This document shows positions 26,661-41,143 of a stretch of DNA of 64,000 nt, in pieces (positions within the stretch are counted from its first letter, which is position 1; each line of letters starts with the position of its first letter). The stretch comes from Glaucostegus cemiculus. Its lineage: Eukaryota. The DNA lies in NCBI GenBank assembly GCA_976551045.1, contig CDPCPM010000026.1, positions 6,882,001 to 6,946,000 on the forward strand, in the 5' to 3' direction. The notes under the pieces are model-generated. The model saw only the letters and a list, made by a program, of their open reading frames with translations. It did no database searches and was not told the origin of the DNA. The position numbers and the translations under genes were made by a program.

Positions 26661-26804
26661 CCTCATTTTTATTTTGTTTACCTGCCTTTTAACAAGTTGC
26701 TGAGGCAATGAAACTCTGGTCTTGAACATCTTCACATTGTTGTGAGTGAGAACAGGTTATATGATGATCAACACATTGCAAACACAGCAACGTCCAATAA
26801 AACT

Positions 26805-26910
26805 GCAATGTTACAATAGTGACTTCACTTCAAGAGTATCTCATTGGCTGGAAAGCATTTAGGGATAGCCAGGGATAATGAAAGGCAGAATACAAATGCA
26901 AGTTTCTTTT
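26805..26910 (+). mobile_element. Deu-domain SINE 3' part
   Basis: TTACAATAGTGACTTCACTTCAAGAGTATCTCATTGGCTGGAAAGCATTT...TGAAAGGC..ATACAAATGCAAGTTTCTTT. Confidence 0.8.
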
Positions 26911-26912
26911 AT

Positions 26913-27048
26913 NNNNNNNNNNNNNNNNNNNNNNNNNNNNNNNNNNNNNNNNNNNNNNNNNNNNNNNNNNNNNNNNNNNNNNNNNNNNNNNNNNNNNNNN
27001 NNNNNNNNNNNNNNNNNNNNNNNNNNNNNNNNNNNNNNNNNNNNNNNN
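26913..27048. other. Assembly gap (136 N)
   Basis: Run of N. Confidence 1.
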
Positions 27049-29989
27049 CAATATTATTTTCAAGTAAGCTCTACTTAGTATGCCGCGCTAGCCTATCAAC
27101 CATGCAGGGGACAGAAACAAAGCCAATTCTCCCCTCATTGTGCTTGCATGGACAGATCTGGCTGCTATATAAATATAGAAAAATAAGATTTTAATCCCAT
27201 TCAATGCACAAAGTGTGGGAAAATACCCCACTGTACAGTAAGGGGAAATATAATCTTCAATAATTACAATATTTTGATCTGAAGAAAAGTGGCACTGAGA
27301 ATGGTCGGAATATTTGGCTGTCAACAGATAATAAATTGTCCTTATGAAGTAGATCAATTCATGTCCAAGTGAGGCTTTATTTGACATAATTAAATGGTAA
27401 GAAAAATGCATCAATGAAATGAAAACATTGAGCTTGCAGTTTTAAACTACTGGAACCAAAACCATATCTGTAACAACCGAAGTAACGGTAAACCTCTTGG
27501 AACTTTCGAAATAGCTGTCTCATGGCACTACAGTGTCTTCTGCATTTTGGTACTAACATTGAAAATAAATGCAAGATGACAATTCTGTATTCCAGTAGGA
27601 CAATATCAGTGAATTCAGAAAAACCTGTGATTATACACTTTTTTTCTGCAGTTCTACTTTAATATATTCAGAATGGAATTGCACATGGAATAACTGGCAA
27701 CCATATTGTGCAGATTCCAGTCTAATAAATTACAATAAAGCTCACAGTTTCAAGTCAACTTCAGAGCAGGGAGTAAGTATTGCTGTCACTGCCTATGCAA
27801 AGGTAGTCAGCACATTCTCTTCACTGGCACAATAACCAATCTTGATCCCAACTATCTGCTCTTTTAGTGTGGGCATATAGATGGTCATCCATTTTGATGG
27901 TCAGTAGATTTTTAAAGTACTTTGCAAAGGCTGATTCTAATAGAGAATCTATTTTAACAGCAAATTGCTGAGCTTCCCAGGCCTTGCAATCTGGCAGGGA
28001 GGAGACTGGCTCGAGGAGGTAAGTGCCTTGGACTGCATGTGGACCAGAAAAAAAGCTGACGTGCTTGCTCAGGTCAATAAACTTACCTTTGTGTCTACCC
28101 TCCATGATCTGTCTGCTAGTCCAACCCTCTCCCACCTTCATTTGCTCCCTTCTCTTAGTGATCAAACCACCAGTATCTGCAACTGGAATCCCACAAATTA
28201 CTGTCCCTTCTCTCAATCTTTCCCAACCCAGAAAATGACTTAACCTATCTGTTCTCTGCTCAGATGCAGACTCATGCTGCTTTTTATCTCTTTCCTACCC
28301 CTACCCCCACCAGCTCCACATCCCCTGATGGCCAGTTTGTCTGTCTTGGAAAATTGCAGAAAAAAATCAGGAGATATATCCTGCCCAATTATGTTTTCCT
28401 AATTCCACACCCCTACCCCCACCCCTACAACACTGAATGTACCCAAAAGATAAGATTGGGGGTCCATATTGTCTTTAATGAAAATCAATAATAGGTTTAT
28501 GCACTACTCACAAGGAGCTTAAGTAATTAACAAAATTTCCAGCAGGTTTTCTGTTTATTTAACTGCAGATTTAGGTCAGTTGATTAATTGTACTTATTTG
28601 TGCAATGCCTTCTGAATCTTCATGAATTATTAAAAATAACTGGGTGCACATACATGAGGTCTCTGAAAATGCCCATTTGCCAAACAGTCACTTTCAGCTG
28701 GATCAGGTTTCAAGTACTTCAAACTTCTCATGTTTATCTATAAACAGTATAAGTGCTCCACAAAATGGCTAACAATTTAATTTACAAGATGACTGTTCTT
28801 TCTTTAATACCCAAGGTACAAACATTATCAATCCATGAGGGAATTTTCAATCTAATGTATTACTTTCAAAGATCAGATGGATTCTTAGTTTATCAGCAGC
28901 TTTTGGCCTGATAAGCTCTCAGTATATGAAAGTTGTCACAAGTTTTGAATCCAGCACTGGCAAAAGTTATACTCAGCTTGGGTGCTATTTAAGGTCGTTG
29001 AGCATTGGTTTTATCTGGGGCTCATTTCCATAGGCAACATTGAATTCTGTATATATCAAGACATTTATGTCACATTCTGCATCTCAGGTTGCAGCTACTG
29101 TTAGCACAAAAGCATGTCATAGTGGTTGGTTTCCTAGATCACCACAACCTTAATGGGCTAAAGTGTTTTCTTTTTATCAATAGGCTCTCCAAATGTTGTG
29201 CATTAACACATTTCTGCTGACAATTTGTGATGCAGTTTGGAAAATTGTTTCTAGCCACAATTTATCTCTCAAGACACAGACTCTCATTCCTCTTCAGCTC
29301 TTCCCCAGCAGATGGTCCTGATCGAGTGTTTTTTGTTTATTTGGCACACTATGCCACTTTTCCCTTCATAGAGCACTTCAGTGTATCCCTCTTGGTTTGG
29401 TGTCTATGATAGGTTGCTTTACTTTGGTGTGTTCTGTTTACTTTTTGGGAAGATCTGCCAAATTGCAGGCAGTCTCCATGGGATAGCATAAGGAACATGC
29501 TGGCAAAAAGCTGGTCCTTTCTTTTAGTAACCTCAGCAATTTGCATTTCCTGTTTTCTGTTTCTTTCCCAAATGTACTGCTAATCCATCATGTTGTGCAA
29601 TCAGTTCTTGTCTGTTATGCTCATAACATGCCAATAGGGTCCTGATGAAACCTTTTATTGTGAACTGAATAAGCCTCTCTGAGAAAGCTATTCAATGACT
29701 AGATGAGAGCACGGAGCTCCTCACTGTAAAATTTTGCCTGAAGTCTTTGCAAATTTTGACCATTTTAGCATAGCAAAGGGAATGAATCACGTGCCCTTTG
29801 GTATCTACAAAATCATTATTTGCATCTTATTCCCCTAAGTTACAATATTTATATTGGACTAAAATAAAGCTGTACTGATTTGTAAGCCTTTCGAGAAAAG
29901 TGGGATGTGGTGGAATGGTTGAAATGATTTTTATGCAATAAACTTTGATTGGCATGAGTTTTCTTGAAATGAATGAAACAGAAATACAA

Positions 29990-30400
29990 ATCAGATTCAG
30001 AAAGGTTACAGCACAAAGGGAGGCCATTCAGCCATCAAGTCTGTGCCAGCTCCACAAAGGCAATCCAACTAGTCGCACTACCCCACATTCTTCGAACAGC
30101 TCTACAATTTATTTCCTTATGTTTACCATGGTTGAATTGCCCCCTGCCCCAGCCTCCCTAGCAGAGCATTTCAGACTCTGAACACACACTAAGGTGGGGA
30201 GAAGGGAAAGAAACAGTCTGTAAATCACTTCATTCCGTGTCCTCCGATGCTTCCTCCTACCGGATGGGACAATTTCTCTCTGCTGACTCCATCTACACCT
30301 TTCATGATCCTAAAATCCTGTTCCTAAAAGAACATGCTTAACTCCTCCAGATTATCTAAGTAACCAAGTCCCTCCTCACTGGAATTGATCTACTACACCC
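29990..30400 (-). mobile_element. Old CR1 3' fragment
   Basis: GTTACAGCACAAAGGGAGGCCATTCAGCCATCAAGTCTGTGCCAGCTC tail followed by decayed ORF2 end. Confidence 0.7.
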
Positions 30401-30449
30401 TCTCAGTGACCTTTCCTGAAGTCGGCCCTTAAATGGACACTATTCTTAT

Positions 30450-30560
30450 GACATTCTGACGAAGTGTCTTTGATTTGAAACCTAAGCTCTCTTTTTATCC
30501 CACTGATACAGCCTGATCTGTTAAGTGTTTCTAGCATTTTCTGTTCATATTTACAGTTCT
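30450..30560 (+). mobile_element. Penelope-like terminal fragment retaining CTGACGA...GAAAC hammerhead core
   Basis: CTGACGA 30456-30462 and GAAAC 30477-30481, followed by ...CCACTGATACAGCCTGATCTGTTAAGTGTTTCTAGCATTTTCTG. Confidence 0.7.
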
Positions 30561-30631
30561 CATGACTGCCTTGCTTTTGTACTGGATGTTTCCAGTTACT
30601 ATTCCTCAACTTCAACTTGCCCTGCTATTTT

Positions 30632-31479
30632 TAGAACCTAGAACATTACAGTACAGGCCCTTCAGCCCACAATGTTGTGCTGACATTTTATCCTGCTCTA
30701 AGATCTATCTAACCCTTCCCTCCCACATAGCTCCCCATTTCTCTATCATTTATATGTCTATCTAAGAGTCTCTCTTAAATGTCCCTAATGTTTCTGCCCC
30801 CACAACATTTGCTGACAGTACGTTCCATGCACCCACCACTCTCTGTGTAAAGAACTTACCCCTGACATCCCCCCATACCTTCCTCCAGCCACCTTAAAAT
30901 TATGTTCCCTCGTGCTAGCCAGTGTTGCCCTGGGAAAAAGTCTCTGACTGTCCATTCGATCTATGCCTCTTATCATTTTGTACACCTCCAAGTTACCTCT
31001 CATCCTCCTTCTCTCCAAAGAGAAAAGCCCTAGCTCACTCAACCTATCCTCATAAGACTTGCTCTCCAATCCAGGAAACATCCTGGTAAATCTCCTTTGC
31101 GCCCTCTCTAAAGCTTCCACATCCTTCCTAGAATGATGCAACCAGAACTGAACACAATACTCCAAGTGTGGTCTGAACAGAGTTTTATAGAGCTGCAACA
31201 TCACCTCACAGCTCTTGAACTCCATACCCCGACTAATGAAGGCCAACACACAATACGCCTTCTTAACAACCCTATCGATCTGCATGAAAACCTTGAGGGA
31301 TCTATGGATGTGGACCCCAAGATCCTTCTGTTCCTCCACACTGCTAAGAGTCCTGCCATTAACCTTGTATTCTGCCTTCAAATTTGAGCTCCTGAAGTGT
31401 ATCACTTCACATTTATCTGGGTTGAACTCCATCTGCCACTTCTCAGCCCAGGTCTGCATTGTATCAATGTCCTGTTGTA
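30632..31479 (-). mobile_element. Relatively young 5'-truncated CR1 (HER1-type) LINE
   Basis: ORF 30785-31459 (WAEKWQMEFNPDKCEVIHF...KDLGVHIHRSLK...YKTLFRPHLEYCVQFW...LERAQRRFTRM) is the CR1 ORF2 C-terminus; GGGCTGAAGGGCCTGTAC tail. Confidence 0.97.
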
Positions 31480-34089
31480 TGTTTTATCTTAATATTTTTC
31501 ACATAACACCCCAGATCGGTTCATATACTCCATTCAGAATTGTGCCTCATTTAGAGTGCATCTCCTCAGCCCCCCACCAAATGGAACATCATATTTTTCA
31601 TGTTAAATTTCATTTGTCATGTGTCTACCCAATCCACCTGCCAGTCTATTTCCTCTATTAACATATTCTTTGCATTCCTGTCTTTCCAGTAGCTTTGTGT
31701 TTCTTATTGGTGTTTATACCACACAACAGAAGTAACTGCATGTTAAATAGCAATAATTTTGTACTTTTTTCTAGTGGCTAAATATTCCAAGGCTTTTCAA
31801 TGGAGGGAAATTATGAACAAGTGAATAATCAGAAATGGTCGGCTTTAGTGGGTGCCTGTGAAGGAAGGGAAAACATGGTGGCAGATTGGACGGAGAGTGT
31901 GAAGATCAGATGGATAAAGGTACTGGAGCAAAGGGGACAAAGACCAAATTTTGAAAAGAACAAATTTCAAATGAAATGTACATTTTGGAAAAAAAAACAA
32001 GACCCTGTAGGGATTTGAAGATGAAGGCAATATTGTTCTCTTTGGTTAAGTCAGCAAGGACAATGACAAATGCATAGGACTTCATATGGATAGAATATAT
32101 GCAATAGAATTATGGATAAGCGTGAGTTTGACATTTTGTATTAGAGTCCCACAAGATGTGCATTGACCATATTAACTTCCAGCATAGGTAGGTTGGGCTG
32201 AGGAGCCTCCCTGTTCTGTGCTATAAACTGTTATAGTTACTGCAAATGGTTTAAAGCAATTACTATCCATAAAGCATTCTCAATGGGTTAGTTTGAGTAA
32301 TGATATTTATTTTCAATGCCAATCTTCATTTCATAGAAATTGCAATATGTTGAAATATGTTTTCTGTTAGTTGCTGCTGATCGGTAAGCCTTTATTTTAA
32401 TCCACGGGAACTTCCTCTTGATGGTGATGAGCCTGACTGGAACGTGGTACTGTCTTCCAATATCTCATCAAGGCAATTCTTCATTTGTAACCCAAGCTCT
32501 GCTTGGTGTCAGACCATGATCGTAACTAATCACAGTCATAGATAGCCTCTATCCCTTGGCACAAAGGCAAATGATATTGTCCTTATCACAGTACCAGATA
32601 AGATGTCAAATCTGGGAGCATTTTGTTCAGTCTGGATAAAATGTATTTGAACTTTACATCTCAATGATGTTCTATTAAACCACTGAATGATAAGCTCTGG
32701 CAATTTCCTCCATCACAATAGGAATTACACTGCTCTTTGAGACATACAGAGGCTATGTAAGGTGAAAATCTTTCTTTAATCATGATTATTAAACTAGGCT
32801 TATGTAGTATTAGATATAACTTTATTCAAACATATCATAGAAGGTAGGTAAATTGCATAATGAGGAACGTTAACCCCAATAATAAATATTTGGATTTATG
32901 AAGGATGCAATTGAGATACTTACATGTGGTCTCACTCAGTTGTGTTATTTTGGATATCAAAATGCATGCGGTCCTTTCCCATTCAGATGCTTAATCTCCC
33001 AATAAAGAGGAAGGGAAGGACATTCTGATAAGTTCTTCAATGTTCACTTTAGCAATGAAGGTTAGTTTAAAAATAACAGTCCAATACTTTTTTTCTAAAA
33101 AAAAAAGTTGGTTCCAAACTTTTCTTTCATATTCAGCAGGGAGAGTTTGGATGAGGATAATCAGCAGATCAGGAGCAGAGGGCCTGCAGGTCTTCATCAA
33201 CACCTTGTAACTCCATCTTTCATTTCCTGGCCTGTAGACGACAGTGGAAGGAAGGAAGTCCCAGCAAGGGAACTTCAGGCTGATCCTGTCAAGTACAAAG
33301 GATTAGAGTTTGTAAATGAGGGGAGGAGGAAAGGACTTGGGATTGCAACTGGGAGGTACTGGACTGAGTCGAGCCTTTCTAGAGGACCCTGAGAGGACTA
33401 AGTCAGCTCTTCCAGGCATATGAAAAGTTTTGATAAGGACATTTATCTTGGAAAGCCAAACATTCCCAACTCCTTTCTGCAGCCACATCTTGTGGCCCTG
33501 GGAAACACATGCAACAAAACTTATCTTCAGCTCAAATGTACTTGATTGGCATGATCTTAAATATACTAATTAAGTCTCCCACCTCTCCATAATGTCATAT
33601 GCTTCCATGTTTGTTGCTTTGGAATGATACTGGCTTTTTGTGTAGACTGGAGTCATTTTACAAATATTTAACATTTTTAAAACCCCCTTCCCTAAACCTA
33701 TTCTGCTGATTATGGAAAGGAGGTTAACATTTAGACAATTACTTCTATGGTGACCTAAGCCATGAATTCTTATGAGAAGTCCTCAGGATCATATTCCACA
33801 ATCTGCATATTCATATCTTGTCCCACTAACTTTATGGTAAATTGAACATTATATTCTGTTTCCAAGATCTTTAACGTTGTTTTTGGCGCAAATAAGCAAT
33901 TCCAGTTAGTCCTTTAGGTGAAAATTGCCAATCAATTCATGAATATTAACAAGTACAGACTTCCAAAGAAGGGGATATGAATTTGTGCAGGAGACAAGAT
34001 TCAGTTGCAACACTGGTCATCATTTGGTGATCTCATTCAGTGACTCCACTGATAAGTTCAAGAAAATTCATCCTAAAAGAAGAAAACTA

Positions 34090-34977
34090 ATGGAGTAATG
34101 TAGCATGGAAACGGGCCCTTCAGCCCAACTCATCCATGCCGAATGTGTTGCCCAATGAGTTAGTCCCATCTGCCCATGTTTGTCCCATGGCCCTTTAAAC
34201 CCCTCCTATCCAAGGACTTATCTAGACGGCTTTTAAATGCTACTAACATGCCTGTCTCAATCAGTATTTCTAGCAGCTCATTCCAAATGTGCACCACCCT
34301 TTACGTGAAGAGGCTGCCCCTGATATCTCTTTAAATCTCTCACCTCTAATCTTAAACTTATGCCCTCTTGTTTTTAGCATCCCCTTTCTGGGGGGGGGGG
34401 GGGGAAGACTGTGCTTTCACCCTGTCTATGCCTCTCATGATCCTATATACCTCTATCAGGTCACCCCTCAATCTCCTACGTTCCAGGGAATAAAGTCCTA
34501 GTCTACACAAACCCTCCTTGTAACTCAGACACCAAGTCCAGGCAACATTCTGGTAAATCTTTCCTGCACTTACTAGTTTAATAACATCTTTCCTATAACA
34601 GGGTGACTAAAACTGTACACAGTATTCCAAGTGAGGCCTCACCAATATGTTGTATGTGCAAAATACCTTCCCAACTCCTATACTCCATGCCCTTACTGAT
34701 GAAGGCCAGAGTGCCAAACACTTTCTTCATCACCCCATCTACCTGTGATGCTGCTTTCAGCAAACTATGCACTTGCACTCCTAGGTCCCTCTGTTCAATA
34801 ACTCTCCAGGACCCTACCATTCACAGTATAACTCCTACCATGGTTGATCTCCCAAAATGTAATACCTCACATTTATCTGGATTGAAAGACATTTCAATGA
34901 ACTCTGCACTCCCTGTAATTTACTGATCTCCCTGTAATTTTTCATAACCTTTTACACTATTACAACACCACCTATTT
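34090..34977 (-). mobile_element. 5'-truncated CR1 LINE containing a G15 tract (34390-34404)
   Basis: EQRDLGVQVHSLLKAASQVDGVMKKVFGTLAFISKGMEYRS and CR1 tail GGGCTGAAGGGCCCGTTTCC. Confidence 0.95.
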
Positions 34978-37900
34978 AAAGAAAATAATATTCCAAGGAA
35001 AATGGAGAGAGTTTTGCCTAGCATCTGTTATGCCTATAGTTTGCCATCATTGTTCATTCAAAGGCACTAAATGGCAAGAAAGAGAAATTTGTTCATTTCC
35101 CAAGACTGACAGTGAATAAAAATCACACTAAACTAAATTTAAATAAGGACTAATAATGACTCGTTAATCTTCTCTTTAATGCTTATACAATGTGAAATAA
35201 TTAACCACTGGGTACTGCAAAGCAAGTTGAGATTTTGGCCTGGATTATGGCGGCAGATCCATCCCAATTAAATAGCAGGAAGCCCATTATTTTATGCATG
35301 TGTTGTCAAAAGTGGAAGTCTGAAACAACATAGTAGTTGTTGCTGTATTTTCCAAAATTTAGGGAAGTCTATCAGTGGAGTGTTACCCTGAGGTTCCCCA
35401 ACATTTAAGAGGGTTCATGGATGGAGCTTCATTGTGTCAACTGAGGCCCTATTCATTCTCAGACTTCCATAGACTCTAGGATGCTTCAAGTTAGTGACAT
35501 GGGCCCAATGCATCTACATCAAGTAATTCTAGGGATGGAATAGTCACAGGTAGCAGTCCAATATCTGCAAAATCTGGGACTTGGTTCATCATCTGGTCTT
35601 GAAGCCAATGTGATTTTAAAAAAAAGCTTACTTGTTTAGTTTGGTATTACACTCCATCTTGAACCATGTTAAACTATTTTACCCAGATTTCAGTCTCTGC
35701 TGCTTGTGGAAAATGAATTGTTTGCACAAACATCTGGATGACATAGTCAATATTGATGTACTGTGCTCCTTTAGCCTTTTGATACCTGAAAGTTTCATGA
35801 AATCAAAGAATGGGCACCAGTGAATAAAGTTTCCACAGGATCCTGTGTACATCTGGATTAGTTTCTAGCACTCAAGTAAAGCAGTTCTATTTATAGACTT
35901 GTTTAAACTTGTATCTGTTTAAGTTCTCTTTGTAAGCGCCCAGTTCAAAGTGTTCAGTTTTACTTTTCCAGAAACTGATTCCAATTGTTTCCTTAAGCAG
36001 TCAGGTTTAAGTACTCAATGAATCAGCCCAAGTCCTGTAAACATTAGCACTTACACCAGTTTAACCTGAATTAGTCTAAAATAAACAGTTTCTGGAGAAG
36101 TTTAGATCACAGTAATCTGAACCAGTTATTTTGCCACAGGTCATCATTAGCCTGCTAAGAAAAACTCATGAGCATGGGCAGGCAGGCATATTCTCATGTC
36201 CAGTAAAACACTGCACTATTAGAAGAGACAGGTTGGTGTTAAATGAAATATTCCAGTAAACTTGGCTTTTCTGACAAGATTCACCATGAGACCAAGTCAG
36301 AACAGCAAATGGTAACTATAAGCTGGAACAAGGTAAGTATTGCTGTAATACAGAAGCAAAAAGCTCTTGTTATTTTAGAAAGGCACTAATACTTAAATAA
36401 CAGAACAAATTTTTGTTTATTTCTTCTCCTTAAGTACTTCCTGTTCATAGTCTCTGCAGTCCTTGAAAGAAATGTACATATTTCAAACCCAAATCTTTTC
36501 TTCACTGGGAAGTAATATATATTACCTTGATGGCAGACCATTTCCATATCCAATTTTACACAAATTGCTATAATTTCTTTTACCCTCTGACGACAGTCAG
36601 AAATGTTTCAAGATTTGTATTTGCAGATTTTGGCATTCCCTACTTCCTCAACCATAATACGGCTTTATAATCAATCCCAGGTATCCATCATCCTAAATGG
36701 AAACTGCATGTCTCCTTTATTGAACTCATTCTTGTTAATAGAATACTTAAGATTCTAATTTCATACAGGCCCAGCTTAGTCATAAAGTCATTAATTGTAG
36801 TACATGCTAAAGGTACCAAATTTTTACCAATATATCAAAGGATGACCACCAGTGAATAAGATGTTCCCCCCCCCACCAATGAACTAGCTGCCATTTTAAT
36901 GTACAATTGAAGAGAAGGCTTAAGAAGCATTTCTGCTTTGAACATTTTCTATGATGTCTGGAAGGAGGATCTTGGCAAAGAACTTTGGAAAGATAATAGT
37001 TACTCTTTTCTTCTGTTCTTTAGTCATTAATATTCAGTCATTATTAGTCTCTTGTTTCACCAGGAAACAAGATAAAATTAAGCATATTTAAATTTTCCAT
37101 GTTTCATCTTTGTGTGGAGATGCAGCCTTTTTTTACTGACCCAAATCACCTTAGATTTAAGCCCCTTTCATTGAACACTAGGTCCCTTTGAATGCTTAGC
37201 ACTAGGAGGATAGGGACAGAATCCCTCGCCTCCAGTGTCTGGCACAAACTAGCAGCAGAGCCATTATGGCAGACGGAACTCTTAATCCTTGCAATAATAT
37301 GTCAGTGTGACATTCTTGGTTAAAATAATGCTCCTAGGAATAACTAGAACAGCAAACCACTATTCACTTTCAAATAATCCACTTCAATGGTTACAGCAGG
37401 AGCAGATTAATTTCATGGATAAATGAACTGCTTTGCAGGGCCTGTAAACTACTAAAAGTTGTAATAATGCACTTCTAGCTGTAAAAACTATGTTTTCAGT
37501 CAAGATTATTTTGACAATCTTCCTCACCCTTGGAGCATCTGAAAAATGTCCCATCACAATGCTCTCCAAAGTCATTCAATCATGAGAGTTATTACCAATC
37601 TGAAGGTCCGCTTTAAACATGCTAATTCAAATTTAACCACTTTGACTTGGTTGTAATTAGCAGGGATTTTTGATTATTGTAAACTGATTCTGGAAGGTGA
37701 GAACACCAAAACAGAATTAAGTTAAGCAAGCAAATAAATGAAGCATGTTCTAGTGATGCCAGTTTATACTTAGTTTTCAAAAAAAGTGGGATTTTTATGT
37801 TACATGAAAGCTGCTTTGCCTAGCAGTTGTCCATCTTTCCCTCACTTTTACATAATGACGTTAAACTTTGTACCAAATGTTCAAATGGGGAAAAATACAT

Positions 37901-38689
37901 GTCTGTAAGACTAACCTTAGTATAAGGTATACTAAGTTTTGAATAAGCTTCTTAGCAATGAAGGTGATTTCTCGCCATCAAAGTCAATCACTGCTCTCAA
38001 TTTTGATCAGATACAGCTGTCATTTCCTCCTAGATAAACTGTTCCATAGACATTCCCTTCCCATACTGCATCACTGTTGGTATTGCAAACATCAGTGCTT
38101 TATTACCAAATAAGATTGTTGATATTCAATAGCTCATTTGTATAAGCAACTACTTACATCAGCATTTGGAGGGATTTTACTTTAAGACCAGTTAACTCTA
38201 TGGCTGACATTGAAATAAAAGTAGACATGAATGGCAATAGAAACAGTAAAGTATTGTTTTCATTTTCAGTCTAATACAACACATTGCTAGAGGGTATTTG
38301 CTTAACACTGCCAAGTCTGAATCAAGGTCTATAGAAGATGTTTGTGTAGGGTTAGAAGTAGGCCTGGCTAATAACTACGTGATGATATATACATGAATTC
38401 CTACTCCTCAGGTCCTCTGTGACACACAAATTAGCTTGCCCTTATCTCTTAAGACATCTGGACCAGTGTCTGGGTTTTTAATTTCAGAAAATAGTCACAA
38501 AGGACCAAAGTTGTTAGGTTCTTGTGAACAAGGTGGAATACCTCTGCAGAAAGGTGGAATGGATTAAATCAGATAAACTCTGGAAGAGTAAAGGTATGTT
38601 TGATGGAGTAAAGCAAAGGTCTGTCATGCTTCCAAAAATATAGATTAACTTTTCTCCAAAGGCCAATTGTTTGTACCTAAAATTTGGAA

Positions 38690-38820
38690 TCAACAAGGTC
38701 ATATATTTCACTAATGTATTTTTGTTGTGGCAGTAACAACAGTAAATAGGTAAGACTTTGTCATTAATATTAATGAATAACAGGGGGCTTAAATGAGCTT
38801 CTGTGCTATCAATCACAGGA
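38690..38820 (-). mobile_element. Possible ancient LINE RT fragment
   Basis: HLSPLLFININD...TLVKY resembles RT domains 4-5 (QGS.LSPLLF.I.INDL...KYADD). Confidence 0.4.
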
Positions 38821-40334
38821 CGTTATACTACACTTTGAATAGTTTTAGGACTTTTACAACGGTGTATAAATCCTGGCTCATAAGTATTGTTTGTGGAGCC
38901 GTTAACAAGCAAACAGTTCCAAGATGCATTGTTTTGAAAGAGAATTTTATTAGCTTTCACACAACCAAGAGAAGAAGTAAAATTGACAAACAGGAATGAA
39001 TGAAAGAAAATAAAGCATGAACTGAACTGTAAAAGTCAGAAGTAGTTAGGAAAACATCAAAACACCAAAGTGTTTAAAACTCTGTGATAGCATTTCCATC
39101 ATTTTAAAATATCATGAAAATATATATTTCTGATTTGTAAAACACAGAACCTTCGTTATAAAGTCACATGGAATCATTGAACTCTCTAAGGAACAGAAGG
39201 CCCAGTCTTAGAAAATGGATAACATAAGCAAAACTTGCAGTTGGGTCAAACTATTTTGGTAATTTGAAATACATGTGTTGATTTTGTAACTGCTGTTTAC
39301 CAGCAGACCAGTAGAAACCAAATTACGAATTAATGTGAAAAATCACAAGCTCGTGTCATGCAACATGCTTTCAGTGAAAGACCAGAAGAGAAATGCAAAT
39401 GGTTGATAAATGATCAATGCTGACCACAAACCATATTACTGTGTATGTTGTGAGAGACCGTTGTGGAAAATACAAAGGGTGTGGAAGCGTTATTCTTGAG
39501 TGAAGACAGTAGACAATATTGCAATTCACTAAAACCAGGACAGATTTCATATCTGAAAAGCTTAAAGAAATACTAGTTAAAATTTTGCAACTTTTCAAAT
39601 TGGATATGGCATTTCTACATGAGAATGTTTATTTCATCCTCCCTCAGACAATGAATTTGTGAAGTATCAGTGCCATACTGCTAAAGTGCAGCCACACTAA
39701 GAGGTGAGGCCATAATAACAGTTTATCTTTACCCCCTTCACTAATGCATAACACAACCCAGCTCCAGCCTAGGTTTCAATACAAAGATACAATTTACTGA
39801 GATGCTTTGATTAAATATTTTCCAACTAGTTTGTTAAAATGTCTAATTTCTAAATGTTTTAACTTGTTATCTTATTTTAAGAGTGATCCTAAAACAGATA
39901 ATTTTAAATACCTGAAAATGAAGACTTGTCAGTTAACATTTTTCAATTAAAGGAATTTTGATAAATGAAATATGGCAAGGTCAAAGATTGAAGCAATTTA
40001 TCAATATGATTTTCTTTTTAGATTGTACATTGTCACTTAATGTCTGAATGCATTGGCTTAGATTTTGGGGTCAGAATAATCGAGTTTACCAGAACTCCCC
40101 ATTAGCAGTGAGTAGACTGAATAGCAACTTCCAGTGTCTGCACATGTTAGAACATAGATACCTACAGCACCTTGTTCATTTATATACTGGAATAAGTGAA
40201 GGTTGCTGTTCTAATTGCCCCTTTCTCCATAAATTTAACTGTTCTGGTACTTCAAGAACTGCAATGTTCACATCAATGAAAAGGTGAAGTTGTTTATTTA
40301 CTCAGTAGTTGTTCATCAAACATGCTGTTCATCA

Positions 40335-40490
40335 TCGGTGTGTCTAATTTCTTAAAACTCCCTACTCATGGGCATGGGAGGACCTGCACCAGATGAACTG
40401 CAGTGACTCACCTCCACTTTCTCAAGTGTGGATAGGGATAAGTAATAAAACCTGATGTTTGCTAGTGACACCACATCTCATAGGTGAAAG
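40335..40490 (+). mobile_element. 3' end of a CR1-group (Crack/Daphne-like) LINE
   Basis: ACCTGCACCAGATGAACTGCAG..CTCACCTCCACTTTCTCAAG...AGGGATAAGTAATAAAA..GCTAGTGACACCACATCTCAT resembles a shark LINE 3' end recalled from memory. Confidence 0.55.
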
Positions 40491-41143
40491 GTAAGTGCAT
40501 TTTCATTGAGGCTGAAAGTCTTAATCAATGGCAACAGAATCCATTGACACCAATTAACTTTCACTAGTGAAGAGACTCCTACTTACACAGTTTTATAATT
40601 GGTGAAGATCACTTTTACTTTGTGTCTCTCTCAACTTTCTCACCCATTGTATCTTATTTTCCCTCTTTATTTTGCTTTATGTGCATGTCTTTGAAATAAA
40701 TACTTTATCTCTGCTTTCCTGGTTCAGACTGAAAGGCATTGTGTGGCTTCTTCGCATTTATCAAGGAGGCAAACTGTTGTTCTAATAAGTCACAGATCCT
40801 CTACCACCTGGTTTTGGCTTACACGTATGTCAAGTTCTGGTGCAAAAACCTACAGAAAACCTGTGAGCAATGAACGTGGAATGAAAAGCAATCGCCTTTA
40901 GCTCACCACTGACCACAAAATCTGGGTCTTCATCTTTATTTTAAACAAACAAAATATAAACAGACCAACAGCAGTCCTGATGTAAAGCACTTGCATATGG
41001 GTTTCATTACACTGATTAATACAGAATTTATTTATAATTTTATCAATTAAGAATTGAGTTGCTTAATCTCAAAATCTAAATATAATGCTCCCATTTTTAA
41101 AAATTAGAAATTCTGGTGTAAAAACATTAAGATCACATAGCTG

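Noticed and set aside
26830-27194. ORFs spanning X runs
   Set aside because: Artefacts of the N gap.
29303-29320. CTCF-like CCAGCAGATGGTCC
   Set aside because: Lacks the conserved GGCR 3' core; chance-level match.
30785-31459. 224-aa ORF as a host gene
   Set aside because: C-terminus of a 5'-truncated CR1 ORF2, frameshifted near its end.
21514-40826. Scattered plus-strand AG..GT exon-like segments (~21.5, 27.65, 36.14, 40.73 kb)
   Set aside because: Either closed in all frames or encoding unrecognisable peptides; no consistent gene model.
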